From contig OZ024744.1 of assembly GCA_964016885.1 (NCBI GenBank), positions 13,330,001-13,394,000 on the forward strand: DNA of 64,000 bases. The letters are read 5' to 3'. Positions 42,501-55,900 of the stretch are shown here, in pieces. Position numbers and translations under genes: made by a program. The notes under the pieces were generated by a model. That model saw nothing but the letters and a program-made list of their open reading frames with translations, did no database searches and was not told the DNA's origin. This DNA is from Eledone cirrhosa. Taxonomy: Eukaryota. The stretch's first letter is position 1; every line of letters starts with the position of its first letter.

Positions 42501-45500
42501 CTGCTCTCTAAATTGAGAGATCACATCTCCCATACTATGGACATGTGGTTAGAATGTCTCAGTAGATCAGAGAGTCACTCCAGTTAAAGCCACTCTCTAA
42601 ATTGAGAGATCACAACTCCCATATTATGGACGTGTGGTTAGAATGTCTCAGTAGATCAGAGAATCACTCCAGTTAAAGCTACTCTCTAAATTGAGAGATC
42701 ACAACTCCCATACTATGGAAATGTGGTTAGAACGTCTCAGTAGATCAGAGAGTCACTCTAGTTAAAGCCACTCTCTAAATTGAGAGATCACAACTCCAAT
42801 ACTATGGACATGTGGTTAGAATGTCTCAGTAGATCAGAGAGTCACTCCAGTTAAAGCCACTCTCTAAATTGAGAGATCACAACTCCCATGCTATGGACAT
42901 GTTGTTTAAATGTCTCAGTAGATCAGAGAGTCACTCCAGTTAAAGCTGCTCTCTAAATTGAGAGATCACAACTCCCATACTATGGACATGGGGTTTGAAT
43001 GTCTCACTAGATCAGAGAGTCACTCCAGTTAAAGCTACTCTCTAAATTGAGAGATCACAACTGCAATACTATGGACATGTGGTTAGAATGTCTCAGTAGA
43101 TCAGAGATTCACTCCAGTTAAAGCCACTCTCTAAATTGAGAGATCACAACTCCAATACTATGGACATGTGGTTAGAATGTCTCAGTAGATCAGAGAGTCA
43201 TTCCAGTTAAAGCCACTCTCTAAATTGAGAGATCACAACTCCCATACTATGAACGTGTTGTTAGAATGTCTCAGTAGATCAGAGAATCACTCCAGTTAAA
43301 GCTACTCTCTAAATTGAGAGATCACAACTCCCATACTATGGAAATGTGGTTAGAATATCTCAGTAGAACAGAGAGTCTCTCTTGTTAAAGCTACTCTCTA
43401 AATTGAGACATCACAACTCCATACTATGGACATGTGGTTAGAATCTCTCAGTAGATCAGAGAGTCACTCCAGTTAAAGCCACTCTCTAAATTGAGAGATC
43501 ACAACTGCAATACTATGGACATGTGGTTAGAATGTCTCAGTAGATCAGAGATTCACTCCAGTTAAAGCTACTCTCTAAATTGAGAGATCACATCTCCCAT
43601 ACTATGGACATGTGGTTAGAATGTCTCAGTAGAACAGAGAGTCTCTCTTGTTAAAGCTACTCTCTAAATTGAGAGATCACAACTCCATACTATGGACATG
43701 GGGTTTGAAAGTCTCAGTAGATTAGAGTGTCACTCCAGTTAAAGCCACCCTCTAAATTCAGAGATCACAACTCCAACACTATGGACATGGGGTTTGAATG
43801 TCTCAGTAGATCAGAGTGTCACTCCAGTTAAAGTTACTCTCTAAATTGAGAGATCACAACTCCAATAATATGGACATGGGGTTTGAATGTCTCAGTAGAT
43901 CAGAGAGTCACTCCAGTTAAAGCTACTCTCTAAATTGAGAGATCACAACTCCAATACTATGGACATGTGGTTAGAATGTCTCAGTAGATCAGGGAGTCAT
44001 TCTTGTTAAATCTACTCTCTAAATCGAGAGATCACAACTCCCATACTATGGACATATGGTTACAATCTCTCAGTAGATCAGAGAGTCATTCCAGTTAAAG
44101 CCACTCTCTAAATTGAGAGATCACAACTGCCATACTATGGACGTGTGGTTAGAATGTCTCAGTAGATCAGAGAATCACTCCAGTTAAAGCTACTCTCTAA
44201 ATTGAGAGATCACAACTCCCATACTATGGAAATGTGGTTAGAACGTCTCAGTAGATCAGAAAGTCACTCCAGTTAAAGCCACTCTCTAAATTGAGAGATC
44301 ACAACTCCAATACTATTGACATGTGGTTAAAATGTCTCAGTAGATCAGAAAGTCACTCCAGTTAAATCTACACTCTAAATTGAGAGATCACAACTCCTAT
44401 ACTATGGACATGGGGTTAGAATGTCTCAGTAGATCACAGTCTCACTCCAGTTAAAGCCACTCTCTAAATTGAGGGATCACAACTCCCATACTATGGACAT
44501 GTTGTTAGAATGTCTCAGTAGATCAGAGAGTCACTCCAGTTAAAGCCACTCTCTAAATTGAGAGATCACAACTCCAATACTATGGACATGTGGTTAGAAT
44601 GTCTCAGTAGATCAGAGAGTCACTCCAGTTAAAGCCACTCTCTAAATTGAGAGATCACAACTCCCATGCTATGGACGTGTGGTTAGAATGTCTCAGTAGA
44701 TCAGAGAATCACTCCAGTTAAAGCTACTCTCTAAATTGAGAGATCACAACTCCCATACTATGGAAATGTGGTTAGAACGTCTCAGTAGATCAGAGAGTCA
44801 CTCTAGTTAAAGCCACTCTCTAAATTGAGAGATCACAACTCCAATACTATGGACATGTGGTTAGAATGTCTCAGTAGATCAGAGAGTCACTCCAGTTAAA
44901 GCCACTCTCTAAATTGAGAGATCACAACTCCCATGCTATGGACATGTTGTTTAAATGTCTCAGTAGATCAGAGAGTCACTCCAGTTAAAGCTGCTCTCTA
45001 AATTGAGAGATCACAACTCCCATACTATGGACATGGGGTTTGAATGTCTCACTAGATCAGAGAGTCACTCCAGTTAAAGCTACTCTCTAACTTGAGAGAT
45101 CACAACTCCAATACTATGGACATGTGGTTAGAATGTCTCAGTAGATCAGAGAATCACTCCAGTTAAAGCTGCTCTCTAAATTGAGAGATCACATCTCCCA
45201 TACTATGGACATGTGGTTAGAATGTCTCAGTAGAACAGAGAGTCTCTCTTGTTAAAGCTACTCTCTAAATTGAGAGATCACAACTCCATACTATGGACAT
45301 GTGGTTAGAATCTCTCAGTAGATCAGAGAGTCATTCCAGTTAAAGCCACTCTCTAAATTGAGAGATCACAACTCCCATACTATGAACGTGTTGTTAGAAT
45401 GTCTCAGTAGATCAGAGAGTCACTCCAGTTAAAGCCACTCTCTAAATTGAGAGATCACAACTCCAATACTATGGACATGTGGTTAGAATGTCTCAATAGA

Positions 45501-47320
45501 TCAGAAAGTCACTCCAGTTAAAGCTACACTCTAAATTGAGAGATCACAACTCCAATACTATGGACATGGGGTTAGAATGTCTCAGTAGATCAGAGTGTCA
45601 CTCCAGTTAAAGCCACTCTCTAAATTGAGGGATCACAACTCCCATACTATGGACATGTTGTTAGAATGTCTCAGTAGATCAGAGAGTCACTCCAGTTAAA
45701 GCCACTCTCTAAATTGAGAGATCACAACTCCAATACTATGGACATGATGTTTGAAAGTCTCAGTAGATTAGAATGTCACTCCAGTTAAAGCTACTCTCTA
45801 AATTGAGAGATCACAACTCCAATACAATGGACATGGGGTTTGAATGTCTCAGTAGATCAGAGAGTCGCTCAAGTTAAAGCCACTCTCTAAATTGAGAGAT
45901 CACAACTCCCATACTATGGACATGTGGTTAGAATGTCTCAGTAGATCAGAGTGTCACTCCAGTTAAAGCTACTCTCTAAATTGAGAGATCACATCTCCCA
46001 TACTATGGATATGTGGTTAGAATGCCTCAGTAGATCAGAGAGTCACTCTTGTTAAAGCTACTCTCTAAATTGAGAGATCACAACTCCCATACTATGGACA
46101 TGTTGTTTAAATGTCTCAGTAGATCAGAGAGTCACTCCAGTTAAAGCTGCTCTCTAAATTGAGAGATCGCAACTCCCATACTATGGACATGGGGTTTGAA
46201 TGTCTCACTAGATCAGAGAGTCACTCCAGTTAAAGCTACTCTCTAAATTGAGAGATCACAACTCCAATACTATGGACATGTGGTTAGAATGTCTCAGTAG
46301 ATCAGAAAGTCACTCCAGTTAAATCTACACTCTAAATTGAGAGATCACAACTCCTATACTATGGTCATGGGGTTAGAATGTCTCAGTAGATCACAGTGTC
46401 ACTCCAGTTAAAGCCACTCTCTAAATTGAGGGATCACAACTCCCATACTATGGACATGTTGTTAGAATGTCTCAGTAGATCAGAGAGTCACTCCAGTTAA
46501 AGCCACTCTCTAAATTGAGGGATCACAACTCCAATACTATGGACATGTGGTTAGAATGTCTCAGTAGATCAGGGAGTCATTCTTGTTAAATCTACTCTCT
46601 AAATTGAGAGATCACAAATCCCATACTATGGACATGTGGTTACAATCTCTCAGTAGATCAGAGAGTCATTCCAGTTAAAGTCACTCTCTAAATTGAGAGA
46701 TCACAACTCCCATACTATGGACGTGTGGTTAGAATGTCTCAGTAGATCAGAGAATCACTCCAGTTAAAGCTACTCTCTAAATTGAGAGATCACAACTCCC
46801 ATACTATGGAAATGTGGTTAGAACATCTCAGTAGATCAGAGAGTCACTCTAGTTAAAGCCACTCTCTAAATTGAGAGATCACAACTCCAATACTATGGAC
46901 ATGTGGTTAGAATGTCTCAGTAGATCAGAGAGTCACTCCAGTTAAAGCCACTCTCTAAATTGAGAGATCACAACTCCCATGCTATGGACATGTTGTTTAA
47001 ATGTCTCAGTAGATCAGAGAGTCACTCCAGTTAAAGCTGCTCTCTAAATTGAGAGATCACAACTCCCATACTATGGAGATGGGGTTTGAATGTCTCACTA
47101 GATCAGAGAGTCACTCCAATTAAAGCTACTCTCTAAATTGAGAGATCACAACTCCAATATTATGGACATGTGGTTAGAATGTCTCAGTAGATCAGAGAAT
47201 CACTCCAGTTAAAGCTGCTCTCTAAATTGAGAGATCACATCTCCCATACTATGGACATGTGGTTAGAATGTCTCAGTAGATCAGAGAGTCACTCCAGTTA
47301 AAGCCACTCTCTAAATTGAG
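39030..47320. repeat. Interleaved block duplications (40- and 53-monomer offsets)
   Basis: GAGACATCAC at 39851 and 43409 (3558 = 40x89-2), with AAATCGAG and GCCACCCT co-travelling. CATGATGTTTG at 41033 and 45747 (4714 = 53x89-3), with CTCAATAGA, TGGTCATG, AAAGTCACTCT and GGAGATGG co-travelling. Confidence 0.85.
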
Positions 47321-50300
47321 AGATCACAACTCCAATACTATGGACATGGGGTTTGAAAGTCTCAGTAGATTAGAGTGTCATTCCAGTTAAAGCTACTCTC
47401 TAAATTGAGAGATCACAACTCCAATACTATGGACATGGGGTTTGAATGTCTCAGTAGATCAGAGAGTCACTCTTGTTAAAGCTACTCTCTAAATTGAGAG
47501 ATCACAACTCCCATACTATGGACATGTTGTTTAAAAGTCTCAGTAGATCAGAGAGTCACTCCAGTTCAAGCTGCTCTCTAAATTGAGAGATCACAACTCC
47601 CATACTATGGACATGGGGTTTGAATGTCTCAGTAGATCAGAGTGTCACTCCAGTTAAAGCCACTCTCTAAATTGAGAGATCACAACTCCCAAACTATGGA
47701 CATGTCGTTAGAATGTCTCAGTAGATCAGAGAATCACTCCAGTTAAAGCCACTCTCTAAATAGAGAGATCACAACTCCAATACTATGGACATGTGGTTTG
47801 AAAGTCTCAGTAGATTAGAGTGTCACTCCAGTTAAAGCCACTCTCTAAATTCAGAGATCACAACTCCAACACTATGGACATGGGGTTTGAATGTCTCAGT
47901 AGATCAGAGTGTCACTCCAGTTAAAGTTACTCTCTAAATTGAGAGATCACAACTCCAATAATATGGACATGGGGTTTGAATGTCTCAGTAGATCAGAGAG
48001 TCACTCCAGTTAAAGCTACTCTCTAAATTGAGAGATCACAATTCCAATACTATGGACATGTGGTTAGAATGTCTTAGTAGATCAGGGAGTCATTCTTGTT
48101 AAATCTACTCTCTAAATTGAGAGATCACAACTCCCATACTATGGACATGTGGTTACAATCTCTCAGTAGATCAGAGAGTCATTCCAGTTAAAGCCACTCT
48201 CTAAATTGAGAGATCACAACTCCCATACTATGGACGTGTGGTTAGAATGTCTCAGTAGATCAGAGAATCACTCCAGTTAAAGCCACGCTCTAAATTGAGA
48301 GATCAAAACTCCCATACTATGGAAATGTGGTTAAAACGTCTCAGTAGATCAGAGAGTCACTCCAGTTAAAGCCACTCTCTAAATTGAGAGATCACAACTC
48401 CAATACTATGGACATGTGGTTAGAATGTCTCAGTAGATCAGAAAGTCACTCCAGTTAAATCTACACTCTAAATTGAGAGATCACAACTCCTATACTATGG
48501 ACATGGGGTTAGAATGTCTCAGTAGATCACAGTGTCACTCCAGTTAAAGCCACTCTCTAAATTGAGGGATCACAACTCCCATACTATGGACATGTTGTTA
48601 GAATGTCTCAGTAGATCAGAGAGTCACTCCAGTTAAAGCCACTCTCTAAATTGAGAGATCACAACTCCAATACTATGGACATGTGGTTAGAATGTCTCAG
48701 TAGATCAGAGTGTCATTCCAGTTAAAGCCACGCTCTAAATTGAGAGATCACAACTCCCATACTATGGACGTGTGGTTAGAATGTCTCAGTAGATCAGAGA
48801 ATCACTCCAGTTAAAGCTACTCTCTAAATTGAGAGATCACAACTCCCATACTATGGAAATGGGGTTAGAATGTCTCAGTAGATCAGAGAGTCACTCCAGT
48901 TAAAGCCACTCTCTAAATTGAGAGATCACAACTCCAATACTATGGACATGTGGTTAGAATGTCTCAGTAGATCAGAAAGTCACTCCAGTTAAAGCTACAC
49001 TCTAAATTGAGAGATCACAACTCCCATACTATGGACATGGGGTTAGAATGTCTCAGTATATCAGAGTGTCACTCCAGTTAAAGCCACTCTCTAAATCAGG
49101 GTTCACAACTCCCATACTATGGACATGTTGTTAGAATGTCTCAGTAGATCAGAGAGTCACTCCAGTTAAAGCCACTCTCTAAATTGAGAGATCACAACTC
49201 CAATACTATGGACATGGGGTTTGAAAGTCTCAGTAGATTAGAGTGTCACTCCAGTTAAAGCCACTCTTTAAATTAGGGTTCACAACTCCCATACTATGGA
49301 CATGTTGTTAGAATGTCTCAGTAGATCAGAGAGTCACTCCAGTTAAAGCCACTCTCTAAATTGAGGGATCACAACTCCAATACTATGGACATGTGGTTAG
49401 AATGTCTCAGTAGATCAGGGAGTCATTCTTGTTAAATCTACTCTCTAAATTGAGAGATAACAACTCCCATACTATGGACATGTGGTTACAATCTCTCAGT
49501 AGATCAGAGAGTCATTCCAGTTAAAGCCACTCTCTAAATTGAGAGATCACAACTCCCATACTATGGACGTGTGGTTAGAATGTCTCAGTAGATCAGAGAA
49601 TCACTCCAGTTAAAGCTACTCTCTAAATTGAGAGATCACAACTCCCATACTATGGAAATGTGGTTAGAACGTCTCAGTAGATCAGAGAGTCACTCTAGTT
49701 AAAGCCACTCTCTAAATTGAGAGATCACAACTCCAATACTATGGACATGTGGTTAGAATGTCTCAGTAGATCAGAGAGTCACTCCAGTTAAAGCCACTCT
49801 CTAAATTGAGAGATCACAACTCCCATGCTATGGACATGTTGTTTAAATGTCTCAGTAGATCAGAGAGTCACTCCAGTTAAAGCTGCTCTCTAAATTGAGA
49901 GATCACAACTCCCATACTTTGGACATGGGGTTTGAATGTCTCACTAGATCAGAGAGTCACTCCAGTTAAAGCTACTCTCTAAATTGAGAGATCACAACTC
50001 CAATACTATGGACATGTGGTTAGAATGTCTCAGTAGATCAGAGAATCACTCCAGTTAAAGCTGCTCTCTAAATTGAGAGATCACATCTCCCATACTATGG
50101 ACATGTGGTTAGAATGTCTCAGTAGAACAGAGAGTCTCTCTTGTTAAAGCTACTCTCTAAATTGAGAGATCACAACTCCATACTATGGACATGTGCTTAG
50201 AATCTCTCAGTAGATCAGAGAGTCATTCCAGTTAAAGCCACTCTCTAAATTGAGAGATCACAACTCCCATACTATGAACGTGTTGTTAGAATGTCTCAGT

Positions 50301-53300
50301 AGATCAGAGAGTCACTCCAGTTAAAGCCACTCTCTAAATTGAGAGATCACAACTCCAATAGTATGGACATGTGGTTAGAATGTCTCAGTAGATCAGAAAG
50401 TCACTCCAGTTAAAGCTACACTCTAAATTGAGAGATCACAACTCAAATACTATGGACATGGGGTTAGAATGTCTCAGTAGATCAGAGTGTCACTCCAGTT
50501 AAAGCCACTCTCTAAATTGAGGGATCACAACTCCCATACTATGGACATGTTGTTAGAATGTCTCAGTAGATCAGAGAGTCACTCCAGTTAAAGCCACTCT
50601 CTAAATTGAGAGATCACAACTCCAATACTATGGACATGATGTTTGAAAGTCTCAGTAGATTAGAGTGTCACTCCAGTTAAAGCTACTCTCTAAATTGAGA
50701 GATCACAACTCCAATACTATGGACATGGGGTTTGAATGTCTCAGTAGATCAGAGAGTCGCTCAAGTTAAAGCCACTCTCTAAATTGAGAGATCACAACTC
50801 CCATACTATGGACATGTGGTTAGAATGTCTCAGTAGATCAGAGTGTCACTCCAGTTAAAGCTACTCTCTAAATTGAGAGATCACATCTCCCATACTATGG
50901 ATATGTGGTTAGAATGCCTCAGTAGATCAGAGAGTCACTCTTGTTAAAGCTACTCTCTAAATTGAGAGATCACAACTCCCATACTATGGACATGTTGTTT
51001 AAATGTCTCAATAGATCAGAGAGTCACTCCAGTTAAAGCTGCTCTCTAAATTGAGAGATCGCAACTCCCATACTATGGACATGGGGTTTGAATGTCTCAC
51101 TAGATCAGAGAGTCACTCCAGTTAAAGCTACTCTCTAAATTGAGAGATCACAACTCCAATACTATGGACATGTGGTTAGAATGTCTCAGTAGATCAGAAA
51201 GTCACTCCAGTTAAATCTACACTCTAAATTGAGAGATCACAACTCCTATACTATGGACATGGGGTTAGAATGTCTCAGTAGATCACAGTGTCACTCCAGT
51301 TAAAGCCACTCTCTAAATTGAGGGATCACAACTCCCATACTATGGACATGTTGTTAGAATGTCTCAGTAGATCAGAGAGTCACTCCAGTTAAAGCCACTC
51401 TCTAAATTGAGAGATCACAACTCCAATACTATGGACATGTGGTTAGAATGTCTCAGTAGATCAGAGTGTCATTCCAGTTAAAGCCACGCTCTAAATTGAG
51501 AGATCACAACTCCCATACTATGGACGTGTGGTTAGAATGTCTCAGTAGATCAGAGAATCACTCCAGTTAAAGCTACTCTCTAAATTGAGAGATCACAACT
51601 CCCATACTATGGAAATGGGGTTAGAATGTCTCAGTAGATCAGAGAGTCACTCCAGTTAAAGCCACTCTCTAAATTGAGAGATCACAACTCCAATACTATG
51701 GACATGGGGTTTGAAAGTCTCAGTAGATTAGAGTGTCACTCCAGTTAAAGCCACTCTTTAAATTAGGGTTCACAACTCCCATACTATGGACATGTTGTTA
51801 GAATGTCTCAGTAGATCAGAGAGTCACTCCAGTTAAAGCCACTCTCTAAATTGAGGGATCACAACTCCAATACTATGGACATGTGGTTAGAATGTCTCAG
51901 TAGATCAGGGAGTCATTCTTGTTAAATCTACTCTCTAAATTGAGAGATAACAACTCCCATACTATGGACATGTGGTTACAATCTCTCAGTAGATCAGAGA
52001 GTCATTCCAGTTAAAGCCACTCTCTAAATTGAGAGATCACAACTCCCATACTATGGACGTGTGGTTAGAATGTCTCAGTAGATCAGAGAATCACTCCAGT
52101 TAAAGCTACTCTCTAAATTGAGAGATCACAACTCCCATACTATGGAAATGTGGTTAGAACGTCTCAGTAGATCAGAGAGTCACTCTAGTTAAAGCCACTC
52201 TCTAAATTGAGAGATCACAACTCCAATACTATGGACATGTGGTTAGAATGTCTCAGTAGATCAGAGAGTCACTCCAGTTAAAGCCACTCTCTAAATTGAG
52301 AGATCACAACTCCCATGCTATGGACATGTTGTTTAAATGTCTCAGTAGATCAGAGAGTCACTCCAGTTAAAGCTGCTCTCTAAATTGAGAGATCACAACT
52401 CCCATACTTTGGACATGGGGTTTGAATGTCTCACTAGATCAGAGAGTCACTCCAGTTAAAGCTACTCTCTAAATTGAGAGATCACAACTCCAATACTATG
52501 GACATGTGGTTAGAATGTCTCAGTAGATCAGAGAATCACTCCAGTTAAAGCTGCTCTCTAAATTGAGAGATCACATCTCCCATACTATGGACATGTGGTT
52601 AGAATGTCTCAGTAGAACAGAGAGTCTCTCTTGTTAAAGCTACTCTCTAAATTGAGAGATCACAACTCCATACTATGGACATGTGCTTAGAATCTCTCAG
52701 TAGATCAGAGAGTCATTCCAGTTAAAGCCACTCTCTAAATTGAGAGATCACAACTCCCATACTATGAACGTGTTGTTAGAATGTCTCAGTAGATCAGAGA
52801 GTCACTCCAGTTAAAGCCACTCTCTAAATTGAGAGATCACAACTCCAATAGTATGGACATGTGGTTAGAATGTCTCAGTAGATCAGAAAGTCACTCCAGT
52901 TAAAGCTACACTCTAAATTGAGAGATCACAACTCCAATACTATGGACATGGGGTTAGAATGTCTCAGTAGATCAGAGTGTCACTCCAGTTAAAGCCACTC
53001 TCTAAATTGAGGGATCACAACTCCCATACTATGGACATGTTGTTAGAATGTCTCAGTAGATCAGAGAGTCACTCCAGTTAAAGCCACTCTCTAAATTGAG
53101 AGATCACATCTCCCATACTATGGATATGTGGTTAGAATGCCTCAGTAGATCAGAGAGTCACTCTTGTTAAAGCTACTCTCTAAATTGAGAGATCACAACT
53201 CCCATACTATGGACATGTTGTTTAAATGTCTCAGTAGATCAGAGAGTCACTCCAGTTAAAGCTGCTCTCTAAATTGAGAGATCGCAACTCCCATACTATG

Positions 53301-55900
53301 GACATGGGGTTTGAATGTCTCACTAGATCAGAGAGTCACTCCAGTTAAAGCTACTCTCTAAATTGAGAGATCACAACTCCAATACTATGGACATGTGGTT
53401 AGAATGTCTCAGTAGATCAGAAAGTCACTCCAGTTAAATCTACACTCTTAATTGAGAGATCACAACTACTATACTATGGACATGGGGTTAGAATGTCTCA
53501 GTAGATCACAGTGTCACTCCAGTTAAAGCCACTCTCTAAATTGAGGGATCACAACTCCCATACTATGGACATGTTGTTAGAATGTCTCAGTAGATCAGAG
53601 AGTCACTCCAGTTAAAGCCACTCTCTAAATTGAGGGATCACAACTCCAATACTATGGACATGTGGTTAGAATGTCTCAGTAGATCAGGGAGTCATTCTTG
53701 TTAAATCTACTCTCTAAATTGAGAGATCACAACTCCCATACTATGGACATGTGGTTATAATCTCTCAGTAGATCAGAGAGTCATTCCAGTTAAAGCCACT
53801 CTCTAAATTGAGAGATCACAACTCCCATACTATGGACGTGTGGTTAGAATGTCTCAGTAGATCAGAGAATCACTCCAGTTAAAGCTACTCTCTAAATTGA
53901 GAGATCACAACTCCCATACTATGGAAATGTGGTTAGAACATCTCAGTAGATCAGAGAGTCACTCTAGTTAAAGCCACTCTCTAAATTGAGAGATCACAAC
54001 TCCAATACTATGGACATGTGGTTAGAATGTCTCAGTAGATCAGAGAGTCACTCCAGTTAAAGCCACTCTCTAAATTGAGAGATCACAACTCCCATGCTAT
54101 GGACATGTTGTTTAAATGTCTCAGTAGATCAGAGAGTCACTCCAGTTAAAGCTGCTCTCTAAATTGAGAGATCACAACTCCCATACTATGGACATGGGGT
54201 TTGAATGTCTCACTAGATCAGAGAGTCACTCCAGTTAAAGCTGCTCTCTAAATTGAGAGATCACATCTCCCATACTATGGACATGTGGTTAGAATGTCTC
54301 AGTAGATCAGAGAATCACTCCAGTTAAAGCTGCTCTCTAAATTGAGAGATCACATCTCCCATACTATGGACATGTGGTTAGAATGTCTCAGTAGATCAGA
54401 GAGTCACTCCAGTTAAAGCCACACTCTAAATTGAGAGATCACAACTCCAATACTATGGACATGGGGTTTGAAAGTCTCAGTAGATTAGAGTGTCACTCCA
54501 GTTAAAGCTACTCTCTAAATTGAGAGATCACAACTCCAATACTATGGACATGGGGTTTGAATGTCTCAGTAGATCAGAGAGTCACTCTTGTTAAAGCTAC
54601 TCTCTAAATTGAGAGATCACAACTCCCATACTATGGACATGTTGTTTAAATGTCTCAGTAGATCAGAGAGTCACTCCAGTTCAAGCTGCTCTCTAAATTG
54701 AGAGATCACAACTCCCATACTATGGACATGGGGTTTGAATGTCTTAGTAGATCAGAGTGTCACTCCAGTTAAAGCCACTCTCTAAATTGAGAGATCACAA
54801 CTCCCAAACTATGGACATGTCGTTAGAATGTCTCAGTAGATCAGAGAATCACTCCAGTTAAAGCCACTCTCTAAATAGAGAGATCACAACTCCAATACTA
54901 TGGACATGGGGTTTGAAAGTCTCAGTAGATTAGAGTGTCACTCCAGTTAAAGCCACTCTCTAAATTCAGAGATCACAACTCCAACACTATGGACATGGGG
55001 TTTGAATGTCTCAGTAGATCAGAGTGTCACTCCAGTTAAAGTTACTCTCTAAATTGAGAGATCACAACTCCAATAATATGGACATGGGGTTTGAATGTCT
55101 CAGTAGATCAGAGAGTCACTCCAGTTAAAGCTACTCTCTAAATTGAGAGATCACAATTCCAATACTATGGACATGTGGTTAGAATGTCTTAGTAGATCAG
55201 GGAGTCATTCTTGTTAAATCTACTCTCTAAATTGAGAGATCACAACTCCCATACTATGGACATGTGGTTACAATCTCTCAGTAGATCAGAGAGTCATTCC
55301 AGTTAAAGCCACTCTCTAAATTGAGAGATCACAACTCCCATACTATGGACGTGTGGTTAGAATGTCTCAGTAGATCAGAGAATCACTCCAGTTAAAGCTA
55401 CTCTCTAAATTGAGAGATCACAACTCCCATACTATGGAAATGTGGTTAGAACGTCTCAGTAGATCAGAGAGTCACTCCAGTTAAAGCCACTCTCTAAATT
55501 GAGAGATCACAACTCCAATACTATGGACATGTGGTTAGAATGTCTCAGTAGATCAGAAAGTCACTCCAGTTAAAGCTACACTCTAAATTGAGAGATCACC
55601 ACTCCTATACTATGGACATGGGGTTAGAATGTCTCAGTAGATCACAGTGTCACTCCAGTTAAAGCCACTCTCTAAATTGAGGGATCACAACTCCCATACT
55701 ATGGACATGTTGTTAGAATGTCTCAGTAGATCAGAGAGTCACTCCAGTTAAAGCCACTCTCTAAATTGAGAGATCACAACTCCAATACTATGGACATGTG
55801 GTTAGAATGTCTCAGTAGATCAGAGAGTCATTCCAGTTAAAGCCACGCTCTAAATTGAGAGATCACAACTCCCATACTATGGACGTGTGGTTAGAATGTC
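47290..55900. repeat. Block duplications at 80-monomer and 28-monomer offsets
   Basis: GTTCAAG at 47567 and 54682 (7115 = 80x89-5), with CCCAAACT, TGTCGTTAG, AAATAGAG and CAATTCC co-travelling. CCCATACTTT at 49911 and 52401 (2490 = 28x89-2), with TGTGCTTAG and AATAGTATG co-travelling. Confidence 0.83.
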
